Source of the DNA: an uncultured Nitrospinota bacterium
GTDB taxonomy: Bacteria; Tectomicrobia; Entotheonellia; J063; CAVPRW01
DNA: 64,000 nucleotides
Reading direction: 5' to 3'
Assembly: GCA_963707985.1 (NCBI GenBank)
Contig: CAVPRW010000030.1
Coordinates: 32,001-96,000 of the forward strand
Each line of letters starts with the position of its first letter. Position 1 is the stretch's first letter. The notes under the pieces were generated by a model. The model worked only from the letters and a program-made list of their open reading frames with translations, was not told the DNA's origin and made no database searches. Of the stretch, positions 40,174 to 51,361 are shown one piece after another. Both the position numbers and the translations under genes were made by a program.

Positions 40174-42140
40174 CTACGCTTTCTCTACCCGACCTCGGAA
40201 CAGGTCATAGCGTTGGGAGGCTTGCATAGCGACCGTAGGCAAATCCTCAGCCAGCAGATAGCCCTGCTGCACCAGCGTCTCAGCGGCTTGTTTCACCCGG
40301 CCCAGATAGTCCTCCTTGGACAGATAACGCTCCTCGATGGAGGGACGTGGGTCGCCGGCAGCCTGCCGCTCTGCTTGTGTGGCGGGGAAGGGCATAGTCG
40401 AGCCGAGCAGCGACAGGGTCTGCCCAGGCCCGCCAATATCAGCATGACGCAGGTTCCAACCGGTGTAGGTTGCCAACGGCACCGTGATATCCGGCAAACG
40501 GATGCCGGCCAGCTCGTTGCCATCTTGATCCACGGCGGAGACCAGGTTGGGATAGGGTTTACCAACCTTCGGGGGCAGAAGCGTCGTGTGCCCTTCATGC
40601 ACCTCTGGCCCAAAGTCGAGCCTGGCGATGGACCGCAGATGCGCTGGAAATGGCACCCCTGGCAGGACCTGAAACGTATTGGCCGTCTGTGCTGAGAGCA
40701 CCGCCGTGCCATCATCGAGTCGCGGATGGAGGCTTGGCGGCGGGGTTTTTCCCATAGTTGCCCAGCGGTCGAGGTTTACCAGGGCGGCACGCAGCAGAGG
40801 CCGGTAGTCGACCGAGTTGGGCTTCTGCTGACCGCGAGACTCGTCTGCCGTACCGCTATCGGTCAGCTGGAGATTGCCAGGGGAATGTTGCGTGCCCGTC
40901 AAGTGATAGATACGCACCGCATCCGAGGGAGCAAGGTCGCGCTTGCCGTCCAGGTCGGTGTGGATCAGCGCCGCATGGCCACCCCAGTATTCCGCCGAGG
41001 TGTTGATCAAGAACAGCTTGGGCACCTTACCTCTAGCGCTCAACCGCGCCAGCAGCCCATCCGTGCGACCGGTGTCCGGGTCCGTCTGCGTCGTGTCGTG
41101 GAAGGGAAACAGATTTTTCACACTATATTTATTCGAGTTGGACGGTTGGCCAAAGCGCTGGTTGAACTCCCCACGCCCGCCGCCGGCGACCAGCGGAATC
41201 ATCCCGTCATAGACCAGCCGATCGTGCTCGTCCTCGTTCAGCCCCACATACAGGAAGTCCCGCAGGAATCTGCCACTCTGCGATCGACCGAAGCTGTAGG
41301 CGTATTGGATATGCCCGGCGCACGGATTGCCCTCCTGAGCTGAGCCGTACCGCAAGAAGGAAACCATATCCCGCGTGGCGATCAACCCCAGGCCGATCAC
41401 CGGCGCCCCGGTGGTGGTGTAGACCACCTGATAGACTTTGCCGGGGAGGAATCCTGACGCGAGATGAATATGGCTCGCATCGGGCACGACGCGGTCGCCT
41501 TCCAGGCGTGCAAACGACCACTGCTCGCGAGGGATCGTCTGGGGTGGGGCATCCTCGTGGTCCTGCACCGTCAGCGTGGCTCCGCGGTCATTCAGGTCCT
41601 GGGCTGGGTGAGGCCGGTGCAGTCGATCCGAGAGGAGTTGCACGGACACGCGGGCATCGGGCTGGAAGGTCACGGCGATCTTCCCCGCGATGGGCTGCCC
41701 TCCTGCGTCAACAGCCTCCGGAACAGTGATCCGGATTAGCCCCTCCACCGCCGGCACATCGTCCTGCCAGCCGACCCAGAGCACAGTGTATCCCTGGCGC
41801 ATCAGAAAGCCATTGCCAGGGTCCATGCGGCCGACCGCGCTGTTAAAATTCGTCAGCACGGTGGGGTTGCCGCGATTGACGATATCCAGGAGCAAGCCGT
41901 TGGTTGCCGTCTTGGAGGGTTACAGGCTTGAGCAGGCGGAAATCTGCTGAGCACTGCACCAGGCCCTGCGCATCGCGTGGAGCAAGTTTCAGGTCGGTGA
42001 TGCCGGCATTGCGCGGATGGTCCGGGTCGACGGCGACGTGCACGGTGCCATCGAGTTGTTCGTAGGTGCCCGTGTCGCCAAAGGCGGTTGCCCTGCGCAA
42101 AGGGACTGCGGGTCTTGATCTCTATACTTGTGACGGCCAT
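40174..42140 (-). CDS. Alpha/beta hydrolase domain-containing protein (two N-terminal frameshifts ~42093 and ~41898)
   Basis: GGAGG RBS plus MAVTSIEI; VNRG; GWQ.D; GRSQSGRFLR nucleophile elbow; TSAEYW; VD.DGNE..GIR.P; DPR.S..ERY. Confidence 0.85.
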
Positions 42141-42334
42141 GTCAATCCTCCATTGCTCTCGTCACTGTTCGTTGCCATGGAAGTAGGGTGAGCCAAAGGC
42201 CGGGGTCAGCGCTGTGGCTTTCGCTTGCGCCCATGATAGCCGCAACGCCTCCTCGTGACAAGCGAGCGTCTCATTCCCTCTCCTTCTGAGACAGGATCAG
42301 GATAAGTGGGGTTGAAGTAGGCGACTCGATCGTG

Positions 42335-43345
42335 TTAGAGGTCGAGCGCGTTGGGGGCAAACACTTCTTCGGGCCGGACCTTCATGGGAATGATCTTCTG
42401 GCTATAGGCGTACTGGATAAGCGCCTCGATGGTCGGGCGGTTCGCTTCGAGGCCGAAGGGCAACGGATCGTCACCACCGATCATCTCTTGGGTCTCCAGA
42501 ATATGCCGGTCGTCAGCCGTGGATGGGCCGGCGGCGGCGATGTGCTTGAGGTGGCTCTCCTTCGACGCCTGGAAGGCGCGCAGCAGCGCTGGCGCGACCC
42601 AGGGGTGCTCCGCCAGCACCGCATTCTTGATGACGATGAGGCCGTGCATCGGGAAAATCTTCGTCCGCTGGTACCACTGCACCTCTAAAGCACGCGCGTT
42701 AGGGAACAGCGGGACGAGCTGGGCTGCCGTGGGCGCAGCCACCGCCTGTGCCGCGGCAGCCTCCCAGTTGGCTGTCGGCGGTCCGCTGCGGCCGATGCCC
42801 GCCATACCACTCAGCGCCGCGTCCAACCGGCCGGCGGCGATCATCTCAGCCAGACTTTCACCCGGCGGCAGCTTCACCACGTTCGGCGGCGCGACCCACT
42901 CCGTCACGTGCTCCTCGTCATCGGTGTACCAGGTCACCCGAGCCGGATCGACAGCATATTCCGATTCAAGAATGCCGCGGGTCCAGACGCCGGTCGTGAC
43001 CGTGTAGGCACGGACTCCGAATGTTTTCCCCAGCAAGTCCTGTGGCTCTTTGATGCCGGACGCCACGTTGCACACGACTGAGCGGTGATGAAAATCGCGT
43101 GTCAAAAACACTGGGATCGCCGTGAACTGCTTGTTGAAGGCTTTGGCACACAGATATGTGGTGGGTGCGAGCTCGCACACGTCGAAAGCCAGGTCGCGTA
43201 CCATGCGACGGTAAGCGGCGATCTGCGGCTCCACGGTGATGTGGTCGAGACGCAGCCCATCCATAGGGATGGCACCACTCAAGAGCGGCAGTGCGCCGCC
43301 GTGTGACCGAACGGCAGCGGTGAGCGTCAACGTTGACGTGGCCAT
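42335..43345 (-). CDS. 4,5-dihydroxyphthalate decarboxylase-like / PBP-fold protein
   Basis: FDVCEL..TYL; AIPVF..R.F; GVRAY.VTTGVW.RGIL; IFP.H..VI; PFGLEANR. Confidence 0.8.
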   Translation of the reverse strand: MATSTLTLTAAVRSHGGALPLLSGAIPMDGLRLDHITVEPQIAAYRRMVRDLAFDVCELAPTTYLCAKAFNKQFTAIPVFLTRDFHHRSVVCNVASGIKEPQDLLGKTFGVRAYTVTTGVWTRGILESEYAVDPARVTWYTDDEEHVTEWVAPPNVVKLPPGESLAEMIAAGRLDAALSGMAGIGRSGPPTANWEAAAAQAVAAPTAAQLVPLFPNARALEVQWYQRTKIFPMHGLIVIKNAVLAEHPWVAPALLRAFQASKESHLKHIAAAGPSTADDRHILETQEMIGGDDPLPFGLEANRPTIEALIQYAYSQKIIPMKVRPEEVFAPNALDL

Positions 43346-43656
43346 GGCATGATCCCTCCGGTGCTGGTGTCGATCCTTCCCGGTGGACGAGATGAGGCTG
43401 TGTTACTGATCGTACCCTACGCTGATCGATGGCGCGTGTCCAGCCCCAGCGGTCAGCGTTAGGCAAGAACTTTCACTAACTCTACCACATCAGTACCACG
43501 TCTTGTAGAATACGGCCCACTGGGCTGGTCGGAAGGTTGGATGTAAGTGCGGGCCAGAAGCTTATAAAACAATCGGATCCGGAGTCCCTGTAGGTTCTTT
43601 TCGAGATCGTCTCAGTGCTTATGAAGCGTCTATCCTCCCCAGGGGAGGCCTCGCAC

Positions 43657-45228
43657 ATGGCACACGTGGATGCGCTATCCAAGCCGCGCACGGGACCATA
43701 CCCGGGCGGCATCCTCGATCCAGCCGGACCGTCCCACCGGTGGTGGGTTGCTGCCACGGTCATGCTGAGCAGCTTTTTGGTGCCGATGAGCCAATCGGCC
43801 ATGCAAGTCGCACTGCCCCAGATTATGACGGTCTTTGGGCTCGATCTCGATCAAGCCCAGTGGATCGTGACCGCCTACGTCATTGCGGGAGCCATGGTGG
43901 TACCGGCGATTGGCTGGCTCGGCAATTGGCTCGGCAACCGCACGTTCTATGTGCTAGCCCTGTCCTTCTTCGTGACCAACTCTGCCCTGTGCGCCATAGC
44001 CTGGAGTGGACCGTCGCTCATCGCCTTTCGCATCCTCCAGGGTCTTGGCGGCGGTCCCATTGCCCCCATGACGATGATGTTCTTGAGCACCGTGTTTCCA
44101 CTCGAGCAGCGCGGCTTGGCCATGGGGCTCCTCGGCATGGGACAGACTGCCGGCCCCATTCTGGGCACCGTGATTGGGGGGTATCTCACCGAGTACCTCA
44201 GTTGGCGTATGGTCTGCTTCATGAATGTGGCCCCTGGGGTCTTGAGTATCGCGCTGGTACTGCTGGTGTTGCCTAACGTCCGCGACGAGGTACAACGGGC
44301 GCTTGACCTGGCCGGCCTATTCACCATGGGCGTCTTTCTCGTCAGCCTTCTGGTTGCCCTCAGCCGTGGGCAACGGGAGGGCTGGGATGCGCCGTTTATT
44401 CAACGGCTCTTCGTGGTGGCTGGAGTGGCGTTGGTGAGCTTCATCGCCTGTGAATTGCTAGTCAAGGAGCCGCTGGTCGATCTACGGGTGTATACCAACA
44501 GGACGTTCGCGGCGGTCTCGGGAATCATTGTCTTGTTTTTCATGACCTTTGCCGCCAGCACCTTTCTCCTGGTGATTCTCATGCAGCGGTTACTGGAGTA
44601 TACGCCGGCCCAGGCGGGGCTCGTCCTCTTGCCCGGCTCTATAGTCCTGGCGCTGAGCTTTCCGCTGGCCGGTCGTGTGGCCGATCGGTGCGACCGACGG
44701 GTCATCATGCTCTGCGCCCTCAGCACCTTCGCGTTGGCGTCGTATCTGTCGACCTTCCTCAGCCTGGAGTGGCCGCTCAGCTGGATCGTCTGGCTCGTGG
44801 TGCTGCGCTTCAGCTGCGGAGGTTTCGTCTATGCCCCGATGATGGCGGTCGCCCTGTCGCAGCTGCCCCCAGAGAAGGTGCGCATGGGTTCCGGGATGCT
44901 GAACCTGATGCAAAATGGCTTCGGCCAAACGCTGGGACTTGCCATGGTGACCACCGTGCTGCAGCGCCGCCTGACCTATCACAGCAGCCTCCTCGACCAG
45001 CAACAAGCCGTCTCAGCCCTCAGCTGGGGGGAGATTCTCGTCCCGGTGCGTGAGGCCGTGCGGCAGGCCGGCGCCATCGGGCCGCTGGGGGAAGCGCAGG
45101 TACTGACACTGGTGCGGGGCCACCTGGAACAGCAGGCTACCGTCGCGGCTTATCAGGATTGCTTCATGCTGGTGATGCTCCTGTGTCTCGCCAGTATGCC
45201 ACTGGTGTTGCTCCTGCGGAAATCATAG
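43657..45228 (+). CDS. DHA2 (EmrB/QacA) MFS transporter
   Basis: 14-TM pattern; WIVTAY; FRILQGLGGG; GPILG..GGYL; EPLVDLR. Confidence 0.92.
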   Translation: MAHVDALSKPRTGPYPGGILDPAGPSHRWWVAATVMLSSFLVPMSQSAMQVALPQIMTVFGLDLDQAQWIVTAYVIAGAMVVPAIGWLGNWLGNRTFYVLALSFFVTNSALCAIAWSGPSLIAFRILQGLGGGPIAPMTMMFLSTVFPLEQRGLAMGLLGMGQTAGPILGTVIGGYLTEYLSWRMVCFMNVAPGVLSIALVLLVLPNVRDEVQRALDLAGLFTMGVFLVSLLVALSRGQREGWDAPFIQRLFVVAGVALVSFIACELLVKEPLVDLRVYTNRTFAAVSGIIVLFFMTFAASTFLLVILMQRLLEYTPAQAGLVLLPGSIVLALSFPLAGRVADRCDRRVIMLCALSTFALASYLSTFLSLEWPLSWIVWLVVLRFSCGGFVYAPMMAVALSQLPPEKVRMGSGMLNLMQNGFGQTLGLAMVTTVLQRRLTYHSSLLDQQQAVSALSWGEILVPVREAVRQAGAIGPLGEAQVLTLVRGHLEQQATVAAYQDCFMLVMLLCLASMPLVLLLRKS

Positions 45229-45456
45229 AGGTGAGCTGTCGGTTTTCAGGTGTATTTCGGCCTGTGATATCGACAAGGAGAGAAAGTCGCGCCGTGCAAG
45301 TCGCGTCGCAAAACCCTGATACACACTCGTTTTCGCCGTGCCGGTTGCTCCTGCATGCAGAGGCGGACTATAATGGCTAGGTCACACGAGCTGCATGGAG
45401 GTAGGGCAAGGTTGTGCGCGATTTTCCCAGATGGAATGAAAGGAGCGTAGACGAAG

Positions 45457-46629
45457 ATGAGTCTACCAGAGCGAATGAAGTTCGGTGTCTTCATGGGGCC
45501 TTTCCACCGCGTCGGGGAAAATCCTACCCTGGCCATCGACCGCGACCTGGAGTTGGTCCAGTGGCTCGATTATCTGGGCTTCGACGAGGCCTGGATCGGC
45601 GAGCACCACAGCGCCGGCTGGGAGATCATCTCCTCTCCGGAGATTTTTATCGCCGCCGCGGCCGAGCGTACCCGCCACATCAAACTGGGCACCGGGGTGG
45701 TCAGCCTACCCTACCACCATCCCTTGATGGTGGCCAACTGGATGGTACAACTGGACCACATGACCCACGGCCGGGTGATGCTGGGCGTGGGGCCTGGCGC
45801 TCTCCCGAGTGATGCCTACATGATGGGTATTGAGCACACGGTGCAGCGCCCCAGGATGGATGAGGCCTTAGGGGTCATCCTCCGACTGTTCACCGAAACC
45901 GAGCCGATCACCTACAAGAGCGACTGGTTCGAGCTGCACGAGGCGTTGCTCCAGCTCCGACCCTATCAACGGCCGTACATGCCGGTTGCGGTGGCCTCGG
46001 TGCAGTCTCCTGCGGGTGTGGTGCTGGCTGGGAAGTATGGCGCTGCGGTGCTGACCATCACAGTGCCCAGGGACCCCTCGCCCAACAGCGAGTCCGATCT
46101 GCGGGGCTTGTGGGACATCGCCGAGGAGTCGGCGGCCGAGCATGGGCAAGAAGTGCGGCGGGAAGATTGGCGGTTGGTGGTGCCGGTACACCTGGCGGAA
46201 ACCCGGCAAGAGGCGCGAGAAGAAGCCCGGATGGGCGCTGGCCGCTACCTGCGGGAGTATTCAGAGGGCACCAATGGGCGACGGCCGGTCTTCGATGGTC
46301 CACTGGACAAGGTCGTAGATTTCATGGCCGATGCCGGTTATTGGTTTGTCGGGACGCCGGACGACTGCATCGAGGGCATCAAGCAGTTGGAAGAGAAGAG
46401 CGGCGGATACGGCGGCTTCCTGGTGCAGACTGTCGACTGGGCGCCGCGGGACAAAATGCTCCACAGCTACGAGCTGCTGGCACGCTATGTCATGCCCCAG
46501 TTCCAGGGGTCGGTGCTCAGCACCGCGGCGTCCAACAACTGGGCCCGCGAGCGACGAGACGGTCTGATGGCCGGCCGGACGCGGGCCATCGAGCGAGCTC
46601 GCCAGGATTACGCCGCCAGCAAGCGCTAG
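45457..46629 (+). CDS. LLM-class flavin-dependent monooxygenase
   Basis: LGFDEAWIGEHHS; IKLGTGVVSLPYHHP; LDH.T.GR..LGVG.G; VGTPDD. Confidence 0.93.
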   Translation: MSLPERMKFGVFMGPFHRVGENPTLAIDRDLELVQWLDYLGFDEAWIGEHHSAGWEIISSPEIFIAAAAERTRHIKLGTGVVSLPYHHPLMVANWMVQLDHMTHGRVMLGVGPGALPSDAYMMGIEHTVQRPRMDEALGVILRLFTETEPITYKSDWFELHEALLQLRPYQRPYMPVAVASVQSPAGVVLAGKYGAAVLTITVPRDPSPNSESDLRGLWDIAEESAAEHGQEVRREDWRLVVPVHLAETRQEAREEARMGAGRYLREYSEGTNGRRPVFDGPLDKVVDFMADAGYWFVGTPDDCIEGIKQLEEKSGGYGGFLVQTVDWAPRDKMLHSYELLARYVMPQFQGSVLSTAASNNWARERRDGLMAGRTRAIERARQDYAASKR

Positions 46630-46662
46630 TCGAGGCCCTCTGGCCCAACAGGTGATGCAATC

Positions 46663-47646
46663 ATGAGAGCGGTATGGTACGAACAGAACGGTGCTGCCGA
46701 CGTGCTCCATGTCGGTGAGATGACGGACCCGACGCCAGGGCCGGGTGAGGTGCGGGTCCGTATCGTCACGTCTGGTATCAACCCGTCAGACTGGAAGCGA
46801 CGGCAGGGGCTGACCCGACGCATGGAATTTCCCAGGGTCATTCCGCATCAGGACGGCGCCGGGGTCATCGACCGCGTTGGCCCAGACGTGCCCGCTTCCC
46901 GCCTCGGCGAGCGGGTCTGGCTCTACCAAGCACAGATTGGCCGTCCCTTCGGCACCGCTGCCGAGTATACGGTCCAACCCGCCATGCGCGCCATCCCGCT
47001 GCCTGCCAACACCAGTTTCGCGGCGGGGGCTGGCCTTGGGGTCCCGGCCATGACCGCCCATCGCTGCGTCTTTGCTGATGGGCCGGTCACCGGCAAGACG
47101 GTGCTGGTTACCGGGGGCGCTGGGGCCGTCGGTCACTATGCCATCCAGTTGGCCAAGCTGCACGGCGCCCAGGTCATCGCCACGGTGAGCTCCGACCACA
47201 AGGCTCAGATCGCCCTGGCTGCCGGTGCCGACGCCACCATCAACTACCGGACTGAAGACACCGTGCAGCGTCTCAGGGACATCACCCATGGGGAGGGTGT
47301 GGACCACATCGTCGAGGTAGATTTCGCCGGGAACTTCAAGGTCAGTCGCGAGGTGCTCCGCGACAATGGCGTCCTCGCCCTGTACTCGGCGGGCGTCGCG
47401 CCCCAGCCACCGGTCCCGCTGCAATTCAAGGCCAGTAACATCACCGTTCGGTTCGTGCTGGTCTATGACATGCCGGAAGCGGCCAAGCAGGCCGCCGTGC
47501 ACGAGATTACCCAGCTCCTAGAAGAGGGGAAGCTGCGCCATCTCGCCGGTCCCCATTTCCCTCTCGAGTCGGCGAGGCAGGCGCACCAGGCCGTAGAAGG
47601 AGGGGCGATTGGCAAAGTCGTGCTCGACGTGGCGGAGGCCACCTGA
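46663..47646 (+). CDS. NADPH:quinone reductase (zeta-crystallin/MDR)
   Basis: GINP.DWK; PHQDGAG; GTAAEY; TGGAGAVG.YAIQ; GKVVL. Confidence 0.93.
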   Translation: MRAVWYEQNGAADVLHVGEMTDPTPGPGEVRVRIVTSGINPSDWKRRQGLTRRMEFPRVIPHQDGAGVIDRVGPDVPASRLGERVWLYQAQIGRPFGTAAEYTVQPAMRAIPLPANTSFAAGAGLGVPAMTAHRCVFADGPVTGKTVLVTGGAGAVGHYAIQLAKLHGAQVIATVSSDHKAQIALAAGADATINYRTEDTVQRLRDITHGEGVDHIVEVDFAGNFKVSREVLRDNGVLALYSAGVAPQPPVPLQFKASNITVRFVLVYDMPEAAKQAAVHEITQLLEEGKLRHLAGPHFPLESARQAHQAVEGGAIGKVVLDVAEAT

Positions 47647-47653
47647 CGCCCTG
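47389..47653 (+). repeat. Direct repeat copy 1 (3' end of quinone reductase gene)
   Basis: Closely similar to 52822-53086, including the TGACGCCCTG tail. Confidence 0.9.
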
Positions 47654-47903
47654 GGAGTTCAAAGCGGTAAGCCATACCTTGCAGCGCACCCTGCAAGGCT
47701 TCCAAGAGAATGTTCCCCGGTTTCTGGACCCAAAGCTCTCAGCCACTGCCCTGGAAAGTACTAATAGAACTATGCCATCGTCGCGTCCAGCCGACCTCCT
47801 GATGAAGCTCGTCTGCAGGCTGTACAGCCCATAGAAGTGTCCGCCCTCGATGATCTCCAGGACGAGGCCAAGGAGTGGGCGGTATTCCCTCTCGGGGTTT
47901 TCG

Positions 47904-48152
47904 GTGTCTACTATCAATCATCCAGCTGTCTATGATGATTTACTCGATCTGCTGGCTGAAAGCGCCGATGCCCAGCGTGTGCTTGCCTTCCGTCTGTCCG
48001 AGGAAAAGCAGGCCCGACTGGACGAGCTGCTCGAAAAAAATCGTGAAGGCACGTTGACCGGCGACGAGTCGGCGGAATTGGACGCCTACGAGCGATTCGA
48101 GCATATCGTGCGTCTGCTCAAAGCACGGGTGCTTCAGAAGCGGGGTTCATGA
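47904..48152 (+). CDS. Small antitoxin-like protein upstream of HNH
   Basis: RLSEEKQARLDELLEKNREGTLT.DE.AELD.Y; ATGA overlap with the HNH gene. Confidence 0.7.
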   Translation: MSTINHPAVYDDLLDLLAESADAQRVLAFRLSEEKQARLDELLEKNREGTLTGDESAELDAYERFEHIVRLLKARVLQKRGS

Positions 48153-48577
48153 CCACTCGGCCCACGGCTGAGCTGCGACGTCAAGTGGTTGACAGGGCTC
48201 GTAACTGCTGTGAGTACTGTTTGCTCGCTCAGGATCTCGCGGCCTCCTCGCATCAAGTGGATCATGTCATAGCTGAGAAGCACGGAGGGCAGACGACACT
48301 TGACAACTTGGCGTTGTCCTGCACGGTGTGCAATCGCCGGAAGGGCAGCGACATTGGCTCCGTCGATCCCGAAACGGGCGATCTTCTGCCGCTGTTTAAT
48401 CCGCGAACCCAACAGTGGTCAGACAACTTCATGCTCGATGGCGCTCACATCGTCGGCTTAACCAACGTAGGCCGCACGACTGTGGCATTTCTGCAGTTGA
48501 ATGCTGTCGAACGCCTGATGGAACGTGACGCATTGATCCGAACTGGCCGGTACCCGCCCCACCACCTGACGAGATAA
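48149..48577 (+). CDS. HNH endonuclease
   Basis: CEYC; DHVIAEKHGG; NLALSC..CN..KG; LFNPR.Q.W. Confidence 0.92.
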   Translation: MTTRPTAELRRQVVDRARNCCEYCLLAQDLAASSHQVDHVIAEKHGGQTTLDNLALSCTVCNRRKGSDIGSVDPETGDLLPLFNPRTQQWSDNFMLDGAHIVGLTNVGRTTVAFLQLNAVERLMERDALIRTGRYPPHHLTR

Positions 48578-48781
48578 GCGAAGAAGCAGCAAAAATGTCA
48601 CATGTATGGCGGTCCAGGACAGTGCGTCGCCCAGGCACCAACCACAGGGCGGGCAGGCTGCCTTTCGACGCGATGCTCCGCCCTTAAATCCGTTGCCCAT
48701 ACGACCTGGGCCCAGAAGTCTCGCTGCTGAGTGGTTATGGTGTTCTCCCCTTCGAGGTAGGGTTAGCCGGCTTGTTCAATC

Positions 48782-49831
48782 TTACGTGGTTAGCCCCCCA
48801 TTATTCGGATTGCTATGGTCCCTGCGACCTTCCCTCGGGGCTATAAATGGTAACCTGCATACCTCGCACCGCATAGAGGTGCGCCGAATTCCCTGGAGCT
48901 TAAGCTCAAACTCCTTTGGAGCCCCCTCGCTGAGCAATGCCTTGACCTGTTGACGGAGCACCCCCGATTCCAGTATGCTTGCAAGAAGCCGGGCTCCCGG
49001 TACCAGGCAACTCATGGCCGCCACACCCTGTGCCCAGCGAACAGCTTCCTCGACCTCTGCCATCTGCCATGGACGGTGAAATCCCAAGCAATCTAAGAGG
49101 GCAGCCGTCATCCAATCCCCGGCCCCCCCGGCATCCACCACCGAAACGCTGTGGGCCGGTTGCTCACGCCATGCTTCAGGCCCAAGCTTAAAGAGGACCC
49201 CCTTGTCTCCACAAGTCACAATTCGGAGTTGATGGTTGGGCGGGTATTCTGGAAGGTATTTCTCGAATTTCGCGGCCTGCTCATCGCTATACTTGATCAC
49301 ATCGGCACAGGCTGCAGCCCGCATATGAGCGCTTGGATTCCCTGCAGTCGAAGGTTCGTACACCACTAGACGGCCGGCCTTCGCATGAGCCTCTGCGAGC
49401 GCGAGAGCTGCAGCTCCGGGCCGATCGAAGAAGAAGACGTCTGCCAGCCTCTCACAGCTTAGGAGCTTGGACACCTTCGTCGTGGCAAGAGGCCTATATC
49501 GGTGATAAGGTCTCCCACAGACCGAGCATCCGAACTTGAAGCGATGCGACTTTCCATTAACCTCATGAAGTACAAGGGGGGTACCCACTTCGTCTTGTTG
49601 ATACAGATCCGAGGTATCAACACCTGCGTCGGACAAGTTGCGGTTAACGATGCGACCAGCCTCGTCACGCCCGATCAACCCAGCTATACGTGCCTCCCAT
49701 CCAAAATAGGCGAGATTGGCAGCAACGTTCCCCGCTGTTCCACCAGCACGCATCCATACACCCTGATCACGACGGACAACATCAAGAGCAACAAAACCAC
49801 TTGCGAGCACGGAGCGAGGGGTAGCATCCAT
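48782..49831 (-). CDS. PfkB-family carbohydrate kinase with two CxxC motifs
   Basis: GGTAGNVA..L..G; G.IG.D..G; VVDAGGAGD; CSVC and CEVC; TGATG coupling to the upstream ORF. Confidence 0.9.
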   Translation of the reverse strand: MDATPRSVLASGFVALDVVRRDQGVWMRAGGTAGNVAANLAYFGWEARIAGLIGRDEAGRIVNRNLSDAGVDTSDLYQQDEVGTPLVLHEVNGKSHRFKFGCSVCGRPYHRYRPLATTKVSKLLSCERLADVFFFDRPGAAALALAEAHAKAGRLVVYEPSTAGNPSAHMRAAACADVIKYSDEQAAKFEKYLPEYPPNHQLRIVTCGDKGVLFKLGPEAWREQPAHSVSVVDAGGAGDWMTAALLDCLGFHRPWQMAEVEEAVRWAQGVAAMSCLVPGARLLASILESGVLRQQVKALLSEGAPKEFELKLQGIRRTSMRCEVCRLPFIAPREGRRDHSNPNNGGLTT

Positions 49832-50109
49832 CAATGATAGGGCTCTCCATCTAGCCACAGGCAAATGAGGTGGCTGCCAGCGGTCACCTTATCAAGATCT
49901 ACACCTGGCTGGATTCGATAGCTGGTAGGCCCTGCGCTTACCACTGAAAGATTCTCCTCATAGGCAGCAAGCAAGGCCCCCACTGACATAACCTTCGAAC
50001 CGTGCACCGAGGTGACCACTGTTACATTACCAAGACCAAGGGGTGCCAGGGCCTTTGTATAGCGATCATTCAGCCGATACCGCCCCCGGTAGAGATCGAA
50101 TGGGTTCCT
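49831..50109 (-). pseudogene. C-terminal remnant of a hypothetical gene truncated by IS3
   Basis: RNPFDLYR...SKVMSVGALLAAYE...LWLDGEPY; begins at the IS end; stop overlaps the pfkB ATG. Confidence 0.7.
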
Positions 50110-51361
50110 TATAATGGACCCCGAAAACTGGACCACGGTATAAGTAAGCTCTGGGAGAGGGAAGGGCTCAACCGGGAGGAGTGAGGTGCGATGTCAATGA
50201 AGCGCAGGCAGCATAGTGCCCAGAGCAAGGCTATGATGGCATTGGAAGCGGTGAAGGAGCGCCGGACGGTGAACGAGTTGGCGGCGGACGATGGGGTCCA
50301 TCCGACGCACATCAGCCAGTGGAAGCGTCAGTTGCTGGAGGGGATGTCCGCACTGTTCTCTAGCCGTCGTCAGCAGCGGGCTCACGAGGAGGAAGTGCTG
50401 CAGGCGGAGCTGTACCAGGAGATCGGCCGCTTGAAGATGGAGCGGGAGTGGTTGAAAAAAAAGTTGCCCCATGCACCCATGGCTACACGCGCGATGATTG
50501 AGTGGGGGCATCCCGAGCGCAGCGTGAGGCGTCAATGTGTGTTGCTGGGGTTGAGCCGCGCCAGCCTGTACGATGTGCCAGCGCAGGAAAGTGCCGAGAA
50601 CTTGGCGCTGATGCGGGTGATCGACGAACAGTACACCCGGACACCCTTCTATGGCAGCCGGCGGATGATGGCCGACCTCCAAAGACAGGGCTATGCAGTG
50701 AATCGCAAACGGGTGCAACGCCTGATGCACACGATGGGACTGGAAGCGATCTATCCACGTCCCCGGCTCAGCGTGAGGCATGCGGAGCACCACGTCTATC
50801 CCTATTGGCTCCATGACGTGGTGATGCATCGGCCCTTCCACGTATGGAGTGCGGATATCACTGATGTGCCCATGCGGCACGGCGTGATGTATCTGGTGGC
50901 CATTCTGGACTGGTACAGCCGCTATGTGCTGTCCTGGCAACTCGCCAATACGATGGATGTGGCGTGTTGCTTGACGGCGTTGGAGCAGGCCCTGGCACAA
51001 GGCCGACCGGAGGTCTTCAACACCGACCAGGGAGCCCAGTTGACCTCCTTGGCGTTCACCACGCGATTGGCGGCCGCCCACGTGGCCATCAGCATGGATG
51101 GACGGGGGCGTGTCTTTGACAACATCTTCGTGGAACGGTTATGGCGCACGGTAAAATATGAGGATATTTACCTCAAGGACTACGGGTCGGTCCTTGAGAT
51201 GGAAGGAGGGGTAGCGGCGTACTTCTGGTTCTCTAATCACCAGCGGCTCCATCAAGCGCTGGATGACCGTACGCCAGCAGAGGTGCACTTCAATCACGAG
51301 CAGGGGGAAGAGACTTACGTATGCTGACCGGATTTTGGCCTTGACAATGGGGTCCACTATA
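50110..51361 (+). mobile_element. IS3-family element (orfA-orfB in one frame, many substitutions)
   Basis: IRs TATAATGGACCCC / GGGGTCCACTATA; WLKKK junction (A8); WSADIT, NTDQG, DNIFVERLWRTVKYE. No target duplication. Confidence 0.93.

Noticed and set aside
43420..43470. GCGTTAGGC core-like motif
   Set aside because: No matching inverse core or hairpin, and it lies between divergent metabolic genes.
51139..51361. C-terminal 73 aa of ORF 51139..52239
   Set aside because: Read-through into the antisense strand of IS3, not part of the SIS protein.
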